DNA from: Protoeuglena noctilucae
Taxonomy: Eukaryota
Length of the DNA: 64,000 nucleotides
Reading direction: 5' to 3'
Assembly: GCA_958009085.1 (NCBI GenBank)
Contig: OY253679.1
Span: 124,001 to 188,000 of the forward strand
Below are positions 47,769 to 64,000 of this stretch, in pieces; the first letter of the stretch is position 1, and each line of letters begins with the position of its first letter. The translations under genes were made by a program, and so were the position numbers. Under the pieces are notes generated by a model. That model had not been told where the DNA came from and did no database searches. It saw nothing but the letters and a program-made list of their open reading frames with translations.

Positions 47769-50100
47769 ATGCCGCCCCTCATGGCAGCGGACGTCCCGGC
47801 CTTCGTGAAGGCCTGGGAGACGACGTTCAAGCCCGGCCGCATCCGCGTGGGCTGCGCCATCGACGGATCGACCGCGGCCGAGCAGACCTACGAAGCCATG
47901 GCCAGGCGAGGGGCGCAGTGGGCGAGATGGTTGGAATGTCATATAGTGCGACTTCCCAGGCTTTGCAAGGGGTATTGTGACGCTAACAGGAACACTGTAC
48001 TGTGCTGGGGGCGCCATGTTGCATCCGCCCGCACCCTGCACTGTGCGTCACCCAGCATCTATGCTGCAATCTGATGCATGTGTCCTTTTGGGTGGGGCCG
48101 TTTGAGACCGGTTGCCTTGCTACGCCCCCCCTTTTCGGCAGGGCACCTGCCACAGCACGTCCGTAGTACTAGCATGTGGACTAGCATGCCCGTGGCATGT
48201 ACTTGTGAGCCTCTGCAACTTTTGACAGCGTCGAAAGTTTCCAGCTGAGAAGAAACGTGACGAGCAGCACGGCGAAGCAACTTAGTCCGACAAAGGCTGT
48301 CGTTCTCTTTCTGCCGCTCATGTCGGACTAGTTCTCTTCGCCGTGCTGCTCGTCAGAGTTTCTTGTGACCTCGATGCTTTTGACGATGTCAAGGTCGCGA
48401 TGCTCACGTACATTGCATGGTGCATGCCACCGTTGCACTAACAGTGCCTGTCCTGCAATGTGATGCATACGTCCCCACGTTGCAGTAGAAGTACTACTCA
48501 CTCCATCCGATCCCCGCCCCGCCCCTCCCCGTCCCCAGGATGTGCAAGGCTGAGGGGATGGACGTGTTCGTGCTTCACGTGACCACCCCCGAGGCCGCCC
48601 GGGGGGACTACCGGGAGAGCCCCGCGCACTTGATGCGGCAGTACGAGATGCATCGCATGCACTACATGCCGCTGGTGCCGCAGCAATTCATCTCGAGAGA
48701 GAAAGCCCCGGGACGCGGCACGGCCGAGTCGCTTTTACAGCTGGCAGATGAGTGCGCGCTGGACATCCTGTTCATGGGCGCACACGGGCGCAAGGGGTTC
48801 AAGGCGGCGCTGGGCAGCACGGCGGCGGCGGCGATGCGCCAGGCGGCGTGCTCGGTGTGCGTGGTGGAGCATCCGGAGCCCCACGACATGCTGTCCAAGC
48901 GCAAGTGGGTGGTGGCGGTGGACGGCGGGCGCGCGTCCATGATGGGTGAGTTGTCTATCGGTGTGAGTCAGTGTGAGTTAATGTGAGTAACCCGTCATTT
49001 GTGTGCTTGGATAGGCTGGGATTGGGTGAGGGGCGGGGCATGGCAGACGTGTGGTGGGTGCCGTCGTGCATGGGTACACAGGCGTAGCTAGACTACTATG
49101 GAACCCTGAACTCGCCTCATCCTTTCCCCCGCAGCGTTCGCGTCGGTCCTCAAGACGTACGCCCAGCCCGGCGACACCATCTGCGTGTGGATGGAGGACT
49201 TTCGGCCGTCCGCGGAGGCGAGGGGCGACGATGACAATGTACATTATCGCAATACCTTGGCACATTATGGCATGCTGGCTTGGCCTGCATGCACACCACA
49301 TCACATCGCATCGCGTCGCTAACCTCGGCACTCCCTCATCGCGACTCACCGCATCGCACCTCACCGCATCGCATCGCTTACTCCGTCACAGCACTCACAT
49401 CGCCACCCGCCCCGCCCCGTCTCTCTGCAGATATCCTTGGACCCCTTCCGCCGCGCATTGGAGGAGGACGGCCGGTTCAAATTCTAAACCAAGTTCATCC
49501 TCATGCCGGATCAAGGGGCGGGCTTGGAGCATCCAGATTCAGGTGAAGAGGACAGAGGGAAGTGGACGAAAGAGGGGCGACATGCTTGACACAACATCGA
49601 TGCAGCCTCTGCGGTGATAAGGGTGTGTCTGGGGTGTGTGTGTGGGCGGGGAGGGGCAGCATGCAAGGAGATCGCGCTCTCCCTCACCACGCAAACCCCC
49701 CTGTCCCCAACCCTGCACTTCTCGCAGTGCCAGAATCTCTGGTTTCGCGCGCCGAAAGAGCCCAAGCCGACTACCTCGTGATGGGCGTCTCGGGGCCCGT
49801 CAAGCTGGGGAGCGTGTGCGACAGCGTGCTGGCACAGGGGTGAGGTGCATCCTGCAGCACATTGGCACGTGCTATGGTGTGGTACTACGCAGGCGCCCAT
49901 TGTTGTTGTTGCGATGGCGATGAGTGAGTCAATGGACAGAAGGTTGCCTCTCAACGCATCATACTGAAGCCCTATTTGTTCTGCCCTATCACCGCAGTTG
50001 CCACGTGCCCGTGTTGATGTACAAGGATGACGGGGAGGCCAGCAGCAAGCGGAACTTGGAGAGCGCCATTGGCAGGTCGCCCACCATCAAGGGGATGTGA
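47769..50100 (+). CDS. Tandem universal stress protein (two USP domains) with an in-frame TAA
   Basis: IRVGCAIDGS, VLHV, DILFMGAHGRKG...LGSTAAAAMRQAACSVCVV; second domain WVVAVDG...DYLVMGVSGPVKLGSVCDSVLAQGCHVPVLMY. Exon 49431-49542 contains TAA at 49485-49487. GC donors at 47906 and 49218. Confidence 0.85.
48184..48427 (+). ncRNA. Intronic long imperfect hairpin, candidate pre-miRNA/hpRNA
   Basis: 48258-48277 (TGACGAGCAGCACGGCGAAG) is the exact reverse complement of 48336-48355. Pairing extends inward (tagtccgaca/tgtcggacta) and outward with bulges and G:U pairs to gcatgc at 48184 and 48427. Confidence 0.62.
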
Positions 50101-50502
50101 AGCTGGGTGTGATGGGATGTGAAGAGGGGTGCTCGTGGCAAGGTGACATGCCAGGTGTCATGGACAGGTCGAACGAACCAAGAGAACAAAAAGCGAGACG
50201 GGGTAGTAGAAAGCGAGACTACAGGATGCGAAGATTGGCGCTGCGTTTGACTCAGTTGCGCATAGCGAGTAGCTGCCCTAGAGCCGTCCGTGTTCACGTG
50301 GCTGTCTGTTCGTCCGTTCAACGCTCTGCGAACTGACACGCTGCTCAGTGTACTAGAAGTGAAGTTAAAGAGGTAGTGTAACTTCTATACATCACTCAAA
50401 CCTGATGCCTGCCACACCGCTACGTCACTCCGTCCCCCCCAATGTCGGGGACTCCACCAGTCACTGTCGAACTCTCACTCCACAACCAGAGCGCTCAAAC
50501 CC

Positions 50503-51928
50503 TTACTCCGCAGCCCTCACGCCCCCCCGCGCCTGCGCCAAAGCCGTCTCCGCTTGCACCGCCCTCACAGCCGGCATCGCGCGCGCATACGCCTTGCGCA
50601 TCATGCCGTGGAAGTCCCCCAGACTCCACAGATTCGCTTCACGAAAGGTCACGCGCCGCGACCTGACCACGTGAACGGCGCCGTCGCCCGGGGCCACCGA
50701 CACCGCGTCCCGGCCGCTGAAGGGCGTGCTCCTGCGGGAACGCAAGAGTTGTTATTGCGTGGTTGACGTGACTATCACCACCTAGTAACAGTCGGCAGAA
50801 TCAGCATGTGATGCAACCTTTCACACCATATTCACCTGGATATGACGTGCACGATGGCGGGCGGCGCGGCCCCTCCCAGCTGCGCGCGCCGCCGCTGCCG
50901 GAAAGGCTCGACGCAAACTCGATCAACGAGCCCGCCGTCGACGAAAGGGGAATCGGGAGAGCCGGGGATCTCCACAGCTGCGGGCAGGCGACGCAAGGGC
51001 ACATGGTAAAAGTGACCCGATTGCGGCGACTTCGCGATGTATAAGGTTCGGGTCGACATCGCGATGAATTTATCATGTATATCGGATTCGTCCTGTGCCC
51101 CTCTCCGCTCCCCTCGCACCTCGGAAGACGAGCGGGACGCACGCCGAGGCCGCCACGGCTTCCGGCAACGGACCGGAGTCGAGGAGGACGTGGCGGCCCC
51201 GCGCGTCGACGGCTCCGACGACAAAATCACGGTCCAGCTCCTCGAACGTGGCGGGGAGCAAATCCCTGCGAGGCAGGCGGCGCGCGGGGCCAGGTTTCGC
51301 GCGCTGCAAGACCGAGCTGCCGCTGCGTGGGCGCGAACGGCCCCGCACCGCAGCCGATTGACGACTCCGTCCAATACGAAGAATCCCTCCCAGGTGCGCG
51401 CGTTCCTCCGCAGCAGGCGAATCGGCGGGACGCGGGAGAGCTCGCGCGCCACCGCCGTGGGCGAATACCCCGCGGCGTACAGCGAACCCGCGAGTGCGCC
51501 GCTCGAGGTCCCCATCACGGCGCTGACTCGAAGCCCCGCGTCCTCGATGGCCTGGATGACGCCCGAGTGCAGCGCGAAGCCGAGCCACCCGCTGGACAAG
51601 ACCAGGTCGACGCTCCCTGGACCCGGGCCCGGCCTGCGATTGGAGAGCGAAGGTGCGGCGGTGTGGAGCACGTCCCGACGCGCGCCCTCGTCGGCTCGTA
51701 AGTGAGCTGCGCGCCCTAGCAATCCGTGGCCTCGTCGACGGGCGCGGCCCGCGGCGCTCACCTCTCCACCGACTCATCCTCAGACAGCTCCACAGTCTGC
51801 GTGCCCGCCAGCTGACCCAGCTGTCCCGCCGGCGACCCGTACTGCCGTGTCCGGCCCAGAAGCCCTCGCGCGTGCGAGGTTCGCAGCGACGCGAGGGCTC
51901 CACTCGCGCCGATTCTCGGCACCGGCAT
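50503..51928 (-). CDS. Patatin-like phospholipase
   Basis: VDLVLSSGWLGFALHSG (oxyanion block), MGTSSGAL (GxSxG), EAVAASACVP, FVDGG (catalytic Asp). Five exons; first stop is TAA. Confidence 0.9.
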
Positions 51929-52672
51929 CTATCTACCCACACCCGTTGCCCTCGGCCGAAATCGCCGCGCCGAAAGGCGCCGTGCGCGGTGTGCCTCAGG
52001 CCGCGAAAGTGGTGGCTTGCCTATCCCAGCCTGCAAGAGTGGCCCGCGCAACCCCGAGTCGCCTGCGTTGTGGGCACCAGTTTCTGCAACACCACAGCAG
52101 CGGCAAGGTACCGAAACCCAAGTCGGCCCTGACGCCAGTCGGACGCGCCCTGCCAGGAGAGCTCTTCCCGGCAAGCCCGACCCAGCCAGTGACATTGCTA
52201 CGCTCCCGTGTCTCGTTCGTGGCGTGTCGGGGTGCAGGGCCGGCGTGGCAAGGCGATCGGGGGGAATCCCAGCGCAGGGAGCGACCGGCAGGCGAGTGCG
52301 GCTTCCCCGGTCGCGGACGAGGAACGTGGGGCGTCATGAGACCGCGCGGCGGTCCTCTGGGTTCGCCTCCTCGCTCGCATCCGCCGAGCTAGGCGAAGGC
52401 GATGTGCGCGACGCTTTCGTTGCCTCACACGGCCCTCGCCGGCGTTCTCCTCCGGCGATGTCGTGACAATGCCTTGGAGACGTGCAGAGGGAGGCGTTCG
52501 CGCCCGGCCGGGGTCCCCCGGACTCGTGGCATCCCGGCAGACGCTGCCCGGGCCCTCATCGTGAGACGCGTGCGAGTCAACCACGCCGATCGGCGCCAGA
52601 CTCTTCCTCGTCCACCTCGCGTTCCGCAGGGCGACTTTCTGGAGTCTGGGAGCGGGAGGGGAGCGCGCAGAG

Positions 52673-53372
52673 ATGGCCGCCAGGCTCGGGCTGTTCCGCG
52701 GCCTCAAGCAGCGGATTTTTGACTCGTACACCAAGAGCCTGGACAAGAACTTGCGGGCGCTGGGTCTGGTGAGCGGCGGCGCGCCCGGCGTGAGCGGGAG
52801 GAGAGGGTGGGACCGTCAGCGAGCGCGTCCGAGCGCGTCCCCGCGCTCCCGCACCCGCAGCGGTACGACGATCTGCTGGACCCGCTTCAGGACCCCGACG
52901 TGGAGGTCGCGCTGCGGCGCATCCCGGCCGCGGAGGTCGAGGGCCGCAACGCGCGCCTCCGCCGGGCGCTCAACCTCTCGATGAAGAAGGAGGAGCTGCC
53001 GGAGGACATGCAGGTGGGTCTTGCGAGATGGGCGCTCGCGAGAGATTAGGGATCGTGGTCGCAGGTGACCAGCAGAGTGCCGACCAGCTCGGGATCCACT
53101 GCGCCCCGCCTTTTCTCCCGTCCTGCAGGCCATGCAGACGCCCTTCATGCACTACCTGCTTCCTGAGCTGAAGAAAGTGCGGATGGAGAACCGGGAGGCC
53201 AAGGTGAGAGGGCGATTGCTCGCGTGTGGGTCGCAAGGGGCCTGCGTGTGCACTGATTCAACCCCTAGCGCCGCACAGTTCGTTCTGAGTTCACTGTTCG
53301 ATACCAGTTATCCCTGTCGTTCGCTCGCAGGCCCTCAACACCCCCCGTGCTTATCGCCGGAGCCTCCCGTGA
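52673..53372 (+). CDS. QCR7: Cytochrome bc1 complex subunit 7 (14 kDa)
   Basis: LRALGL|RYDDLLDPLQDPDVEVALRRIPAAEVEGRNARLRRALNLSMKKEELPEDMQ|AMQTPFMHYL...ENREAK|ALNTPRAYRRSLP*. Confidence 0.93.
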
Positions 53373-53758
53373 CGCGCCCCTGCGTGCTGGGCTGCCCGGA
53401 TGGCTCTAGGCGGATAGGCCGGCTGCCCGCGGTCCACTTCCCCTCCATCAAGACTTGGGAGTCTAGACCAGGGCTCCGCAGCGTTTGAAGGACTGGCACT
53501 CGACAGAAACCTTGTCCAGCGGCCGGTAGCAGCGTTATCGACCCGGTCGACGCCCTCCTGGGAGCAGAGCGTGCCGCATTTGCATCTTCAGATCGTCACG
53601 CACAGCTTCCTCGGCCGAAACTGCCATAATGTGCTTGTGAATCGCTTTTCCGACCCACGCAAGCGTGCTTGGCGCCCGTATCCGATCGCGCGAGATCTGA
53701 TTTCGGGCTGAGGGCGCACCCGTCGCGGGTCTAGGGCCTGTCCGGGCCGGGGCTCGGG

Positions 53759-58816
<5,058 letters not shown>

Positions 58817-59091
58817 ATGCAGCGACGCGGCAGGGGCGCGCGAGGAGAGACGCTCGCGCGCACTCAGGGCTGCGCCAGTTGAATTGAATTTTGCCAGTTT
58901 GTGGCCCGGCTGGCCGCGCCTTCTGGGGCTGACGCTGCCGTACCGGCTCTCTCGTCTCTCGTGACGCTGGCGTCGACCCCGCCCGCGAGCTCCCGTCCAC
59001 GCATCGGCTGGATAAAGCACCGCTCCAGGTTCCCCCGGCATATCGAGTCCCCGGGCGCTCTCTTTTGCTCGATTCGCGTGACGAGTTCGCG

Positions 59092-61653
59092 ATGACTCTC
59101 TGCGGCGTTACCACCGCGCTGCCCCTGGCCCGCAATGGCGCATGGGCCCGCAGCACCTCTCGCCGCTCCAGCGCGGGTGAGGTGGCGGGGGAGGTGGCGA
59201 CGGGCGCGTTCGGTAGTAACGAGCGCGTAGGAGCCGCGCGGGGCCCGGCGCGCCCCGCTCGTCGCCCCCCGCGATGGCGGAAGCCGGACGACTTTGATGG
59301 ACCCGCCGAGCGGGCTTTGGGGGCGTCCGCAGCGCGCGCGGGCCATACACGGTGCTTTTCCCGACATGCATTGTCCCGGTAGCCACTTGGGAGGTCGTGA
59401 TGTCCTTTCTCGCCGGCGGACTCGCGCTCGCCTCGTTGGGATCCTTCCGGAGCCGTGCCACGCGACCCCCGATCCCCGGGGCGACCCTGCCGATGCTGGA
59501 GGCGTGTTTACGATCCCGTGCTGCGTGCGGCGCCCCCGCTGCGCCCTTAACGTTGCCGGGCGCGCCCATGCGCGACCAGCGCGCTGGATGCCGCACGACG
59601 GGCCTCCGACCGCCTCCCCACCTGGACGCCCCCGCCCCTCCCCGCCCGCAGTCGTCCGCGCCGTGAAGGACAAGCAGGCGATCGCAGCCGTCACCGCCGC
59701 GGCGCTCCTCTCCGCCCCCTCGGCCAAGGCCGACTCGATCGGCGGTGCGTGTCTCCCTCCCGCCGCGCCCCCCGGTCCCCGCCCGCCCCTTTCCGGCATC
59801 TATCCGAACTCTCCTCGTTCCCGCGCACCTCCCTGCAGACGCCGTGGACTCGATCACGGCGGGCGTGCAGACGGCGGGCGATGCGGCGCGCCTGGCTGTC
59901 GACTCGGCCAAGGCTGCCCTGGAGGTCGCCAAGCAGGCCTACGAGGCTGCGGTGCCCGTGGTGACCCCCTACGTGAAGCAGGCCGCGGAGGTGGCGGCCC
60001 CGGTGGTACAGGAGAGCGTGAAGCTGGGGACCAAGGTGGCGGGGGACGCCTTCAGCGCGGTCGGTCCCTCTCTGGATGAGGCGCTCAAGCAGGCGAGGGC
60101 TGTGGTGTGTGTGTTTGTTGGGATGTGCGGGTGGTTGTGATCAGGTTGGGAAGCGGTGAGGACTGGAAGCGGTGAGTTCGTTGGCATCTGCTCTGTGTGA
60201 GAGATGGTGCTGGCTCAGTCTCTCTCCATCTCACACCCACCCACAACCCACCTCAACAACCTCACAACCCCCCCTCCCTCTCCCACCCCAGGCCACCGGC
60301 GCCGTGGCCGGCCTGGGCATCGACGACAAGCTGGTGGACAGCGTGGCCACTGCCGCCAAGCCCGTTGTCTCTGCCGCGGGTACCGTCGCCGGCAGCGCCG
60401 CCGAGGTCCTCGCCACCTCCAGCCCCGTCACTGCTGCCGAGTACGTCGCGGTTGCCGCCCTGGGTGTCTACCTCACCCCCTCGCTCTTCGGCCTGCTGTT
60501 CGACTTGCTTCGCGGGTACCGGGGCGACCTCACCGCCACCCTGGCAGTGGACAAGCTCCAGTCGGACCGGTCCGCGGTGCTGGTGGACGTTCGTGCTGCG
60601 AAGGAGAAGGACGTGGCTGGCCTGCCCGACGTCCCTGGGTCGGCGGCCGCGCGTTTACTGGCCGTGGAGTTCGCCACCACCGAGGACCGGCAGCTGCGCA
60701 ACCAGCTGCGCAACCCCACGGCGGTCGAGACCACCGTCACGGCGCTGCAGGTGAATATCGGGGGGGGGGGGGGGGGGATGGTGGTGGATGGGTGGTGGTA
60801 GTGCGTGGGGTGGTGTGGGGGGGGTGCGCGACGGTGGGCAGTGTGTGTTGTTGTTAAGGGCGGCACTCCATCGCTCCATCGTTAGTTTTACTCGATTGCC
60901 GCTACCTCTTGCCACCCCACTCCCACACTCGCCTGTACCCCACTCACCCCACGCAACCCCCACCTCTACTTACCCCCGCTCAACCCCACCCCATTCATCC
61001 CCCCCCCCCCCCCCCAACCCCAGATCGCCAACCTGAAGAAGGTCGCCAAGGGCTCCCCCATCCTTCTGCTGGACCAGAACGGCGGCCAGTCCAAGTCGGT
61101 GGCTCGCGAGCTCTCTCGCCTCGGCTTCAGTCAGGTGTATGTCGTGGAGGACGGCTTCAAGGGGTGGGTGGCGTCCAAGCTGGCCACCAAGGAGGGGGGG
61201 TTCACCACCACGGGTGAGTGTTATGGATATATGTGTGATTAGCCACGTGTATGTATATATGTGTGATAAGTCAGGGTGTATGTGGTCGAGGATGGCTTCA
61301 GGGGGTGGGTGGCCTCCAAGCTGGCCACGAAAGAGGGGGGGTTCACCACCACGGATGAGTTATTGCAATAGCGATAGCGATAAGTGTGAGAGATGTTCAG
61401 GGAGTGCTCACCACCATGGGTGAGGGAGGGTGATGGCGACAGCTGGAATGGTGGCGATAACTGTGGGCGGCACCCACCTCGCTCCCTCCCCACTATTACC
61501 CAAACCAACATCTCTCATCTCCTCCCCCCATTCGCAGTCCTCCCCGGCAGCACCATCTTCGGCCGCCCGGGCACCTCGGTGGTCCCCGCCACCTACGACG
61601 CCAGCAAGGCGAGCGCCAACGGCAAGAGGGCACTCCCCTCTCCGCGCAAGTGA
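59092..61653 (+). CDS. CAS: Thylakoid calcium-sensing receptor CAS (rhodanese-like)
   Basis: Bipartite transit peptide ending SAKA, TM segment, RGYRGDLT...LVDVRAAKEKDVAGLP...LRNPTAVETTVTALQ|IANLKKVAKGSPILLLD...VARELSRLGFSQVYVVEDGFKGWVASKL. GC donor at 60093. Confidence 0.9.
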
Positions 61654-61798
61654 AGTAAACGACTCGCTCATGCGCAATCGATTTGGGCTAGTCGTGTGCC
61701 TATGATGACGCTACCCGCGGCTGCAGTGGTGTGGCATGGCATCGACTGTCCCCTTGCGTTGCGATGCGATGCCCTGTGCTCTGCCTCTGTAGCTCACG

Positions 61799-61826
61799 CT
61801 CTCTCTCTCTCTCTCTCTGCTCTCTC
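61799..61826 (+). repeat. (CT)n microsatellite in CAS 3' region
   Basis: About 10 CT units followed by a short degenerate run. Confidence 0.85.
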
Positions 61827-62085
61827 TTACTCTAGCGTTTGAAGACTTGAGAAGAAAGCTGGTTGTACTTTGCGAGCAAAGTACAACGTCGATACCAAGT
61901 GACATAACAACTTTCAAAACGCATTGCCTGGCATTATCTCTGCTAGTGAAAGAGTCTGGTAGTTTGTGGATATCACGCTGTGCTGCCATTGTCCCCTCTG
62001 CCACCCCTCCACCCACTGCCTCTCTCACTCCCCACCTCCCTCCCTCTCAATCCCATCACCCCACCCCACCCCACCCCACCCCCCC

Positions 62086-64000
62086 TCACTCCCCCCCCTC
62101 CCTCTCCCCCCTCCTCTCCCCCCTCCCCACCCTCTCCAGCCACATTGGCTTCCCCCCCACATCCGAGTGACCCCCCACCCCTCTCTTCCCAATCGCTGAC
62201 AAACTCTCCTCCAATTGCCGAGCAAACTGCTGCGTGGCGCTGCTCTGGTGGTCGTGGCTGGGGGGGATGACCTGGGGTAGACAGGGATGTGTGTGGATGG
62301 AATGAAACCATACTGTTAATTTGAAGTCAGTAACACTGCAGTGGCTAAGACAACCACCCCCACCCCCACCCTCCCTCACCATGCCCCCCAGGTTCATCGC
62401 GTTTGCCGCCTTCGCCTTGCTCTTCTTCTGTTCCGATAGCCTCGACTGGGCATAACTGCGAATATTCTCCGTCTCAAATGCGATGCGGAATCTCTGGCGG
62501 GCCTCGCGGGTGCAGGAGATGGCGCCGGTAGTGAGGTCGACGCGGGAGGGGGTGAGCTGGGGAGGGGCGAGAGATGGGGGGCATTGATGCTATATACAAT
62601 GTAACCGATCATACCAGTCACTCATTCTATTACCAGTATTACTATCATTAGCAGTCCACCACTCACCACCACCTCCGTGAGATGCGACACCTTGAAGCCC
62701 CGGTCGGACATCAGCCACCCATCACATCATCACCATAACCACTATAATTTATCATCATAATTATCATTATCACCACCCCTCCATCCCCACTCACCACCAC
62801 CTCCGTCCGATGCGACACCTTGAAGCCCCGGTCCGACAGGACGTCGATCAACACCTCGCACGCCAGCGGCTGGTCGTCCCAGAACGGGGCCGTGCTGGTG
62901 TATTCGAAAAACCCGGCCAGCGACGATTTCAAAACCCCCGGCAGCACCTCCTCTTCAATGACAGACACCACTTGGTCCAGCAAAGGGCGGTGGTCGGTGT
63001 AGTAGCGGTCCAGCCGCTGCACCAGGCTCTGGCGGGACTGCATTGGGGAAAGTAAGCAATATCTTTGAGTGTAATAGATATTATATGTTTGAAATGTTTA
63101 ATAGCAATAGCGGTCCAAGCGCTGCAACAGGCTCCGAGAGGACTGGGAGGGAGGGGGGGACAGGGAGGAAGAGATTAGGTTATACTATGATTATAATTAC
63201 TATAATGGTTAACACAAAAGATCTACATTACTAAATATTTTATATTTATACAATATTTATAACATTTATTGTTTAGGTTATGATACTATGATAGCACCCC
63301 CCACTTCCTTGGCCAGCGGCAGGTGCGCCAGCGCTCAGTAGGTCCGTTGTAAGTGACAACCATTACATATGACAGTATAATAACATACATTCACTATAAA
63401 TATAACACCCTCACCTTGGTGACCACTTCCTTGGCCAGCGGCAGGTGCGCCAGCGCTCGGTAGGTCCCCTCTAAGAGATCCAGGGAGCTCTGGTATCGTA
63501 GCTCTTGCGCAATTTGCTGTTGGCACGACTCCAGGGATCCCATGGCGTCGATCAGGCAGAAGGGGAAGTGCTGGGGGGTTGGGACAGGGGTAACAGGTGA
63601 TACGTCATAGCTATAACATCTAAAATTAAGTGATAGTAAAAGTAAATCAGTAACAAACGATAATGACATAAAATAACAAAGTAAAGTGATACGTGACCAA
63701 TAGATACCACCGCGTCTCGCCTGCATGAGCCTCAGCAGCGTGCCGTAGTGCTGCTCGAATATCAGGCACCAAACAGTCACATGATTCATAGATAACATGA
63801 CCCATACATACAACACCGTTCTCTCGCCTGCATGAGACGTAGCAGTGTCCCGTAGTGTTGTTTGAATATCAGGTACCGCTGCTGGGCCTTCTCTATGTCC
63901 ACGTCCGTAGCACGAACCTCCTCTGAGGAACAAAGCACGATAGTAAATGGTGTCAAGAAGAATGTTCTTATAAGAAAGAAGGCAACCAAGCATCATTGGA
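62086..64000 (-). CDS. 3' part of an adenylate-kinase-like protein with C-terminal extension; 5' end outside window
   Basis: RATDVDIEKAQQRYLIFKQHY, HFPFCLIDAMGSLESCQQQIAQELRYQSSLDL, RQSLVQRLDRY, LIDVLSDRGF, PSRVDLTTGAI resemble, from memory, an atypical NMP-kinase family. The P-loop is not in the window. GC donor at 63827. Confidence 0.6.

Noticed and set aside
52292..52629. GC-AG intron in the QCR7 5' UTR
   Set aside because: Signals look good (CAG|GCGAGT, ttccgcag), but no reading frame constrains it, so it was not counted.
63335..63337. In-frame TGA in kinase-like coding sequence
   Set aside because: It lies in the intronic echo, not the real exon (CGA at about 63457-63459).

Overview
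GC-rich, intron-dense eukaryotic nuclear DNA, most likely a chlorophyte green alga. The basis is the plastid CAS gene, TGTAA-type 3' motifs and C-rich acceptors; this is inference. There is one 200-N scaffold gap (19517-19716). About 21 spliced protein-coding genes can be modelled by eye: PNO1, eIF5, three copies of a secreted Gly/Asn-repeat gene, a TPR protein, a small Cys-pair protein, an alpha/beta hydrolase, RWDD2-like, a RAMA-domain protein, a long low-complexity gene, an NZF + BIRC6-type E2, DUO3/GON4L-like, an EGF-TM-RING membrane ligase, CCDC174-like, tandem USP, patatin, QCR7, mitochondrial FtsH/AFG3, CAS and an adenylate-kinase-like gene. Most long ORFs in the supplied track are GC artefacts. 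Main unusual signals: (1) two in-frame stop codons (TAG 10126-10128, TAA 49485-49487) inside otherwise intact exons, while most clear termini are TGA, pointing to possible recoding, RNA editing or codon reassignment; (2) about 22 of roughly 120 introns use GC donors; (3) many introns hold degenerate echo copies of the adjacent exon end, some diverged mostly at synonymous sites; (4) a three-copy, one-repeat-per-exon secreted protein family with variable repeat number; (5) a long pre-miRNA-like hairpin inside a GC-AG intron. All gene models are manual and unverified by RNA data.
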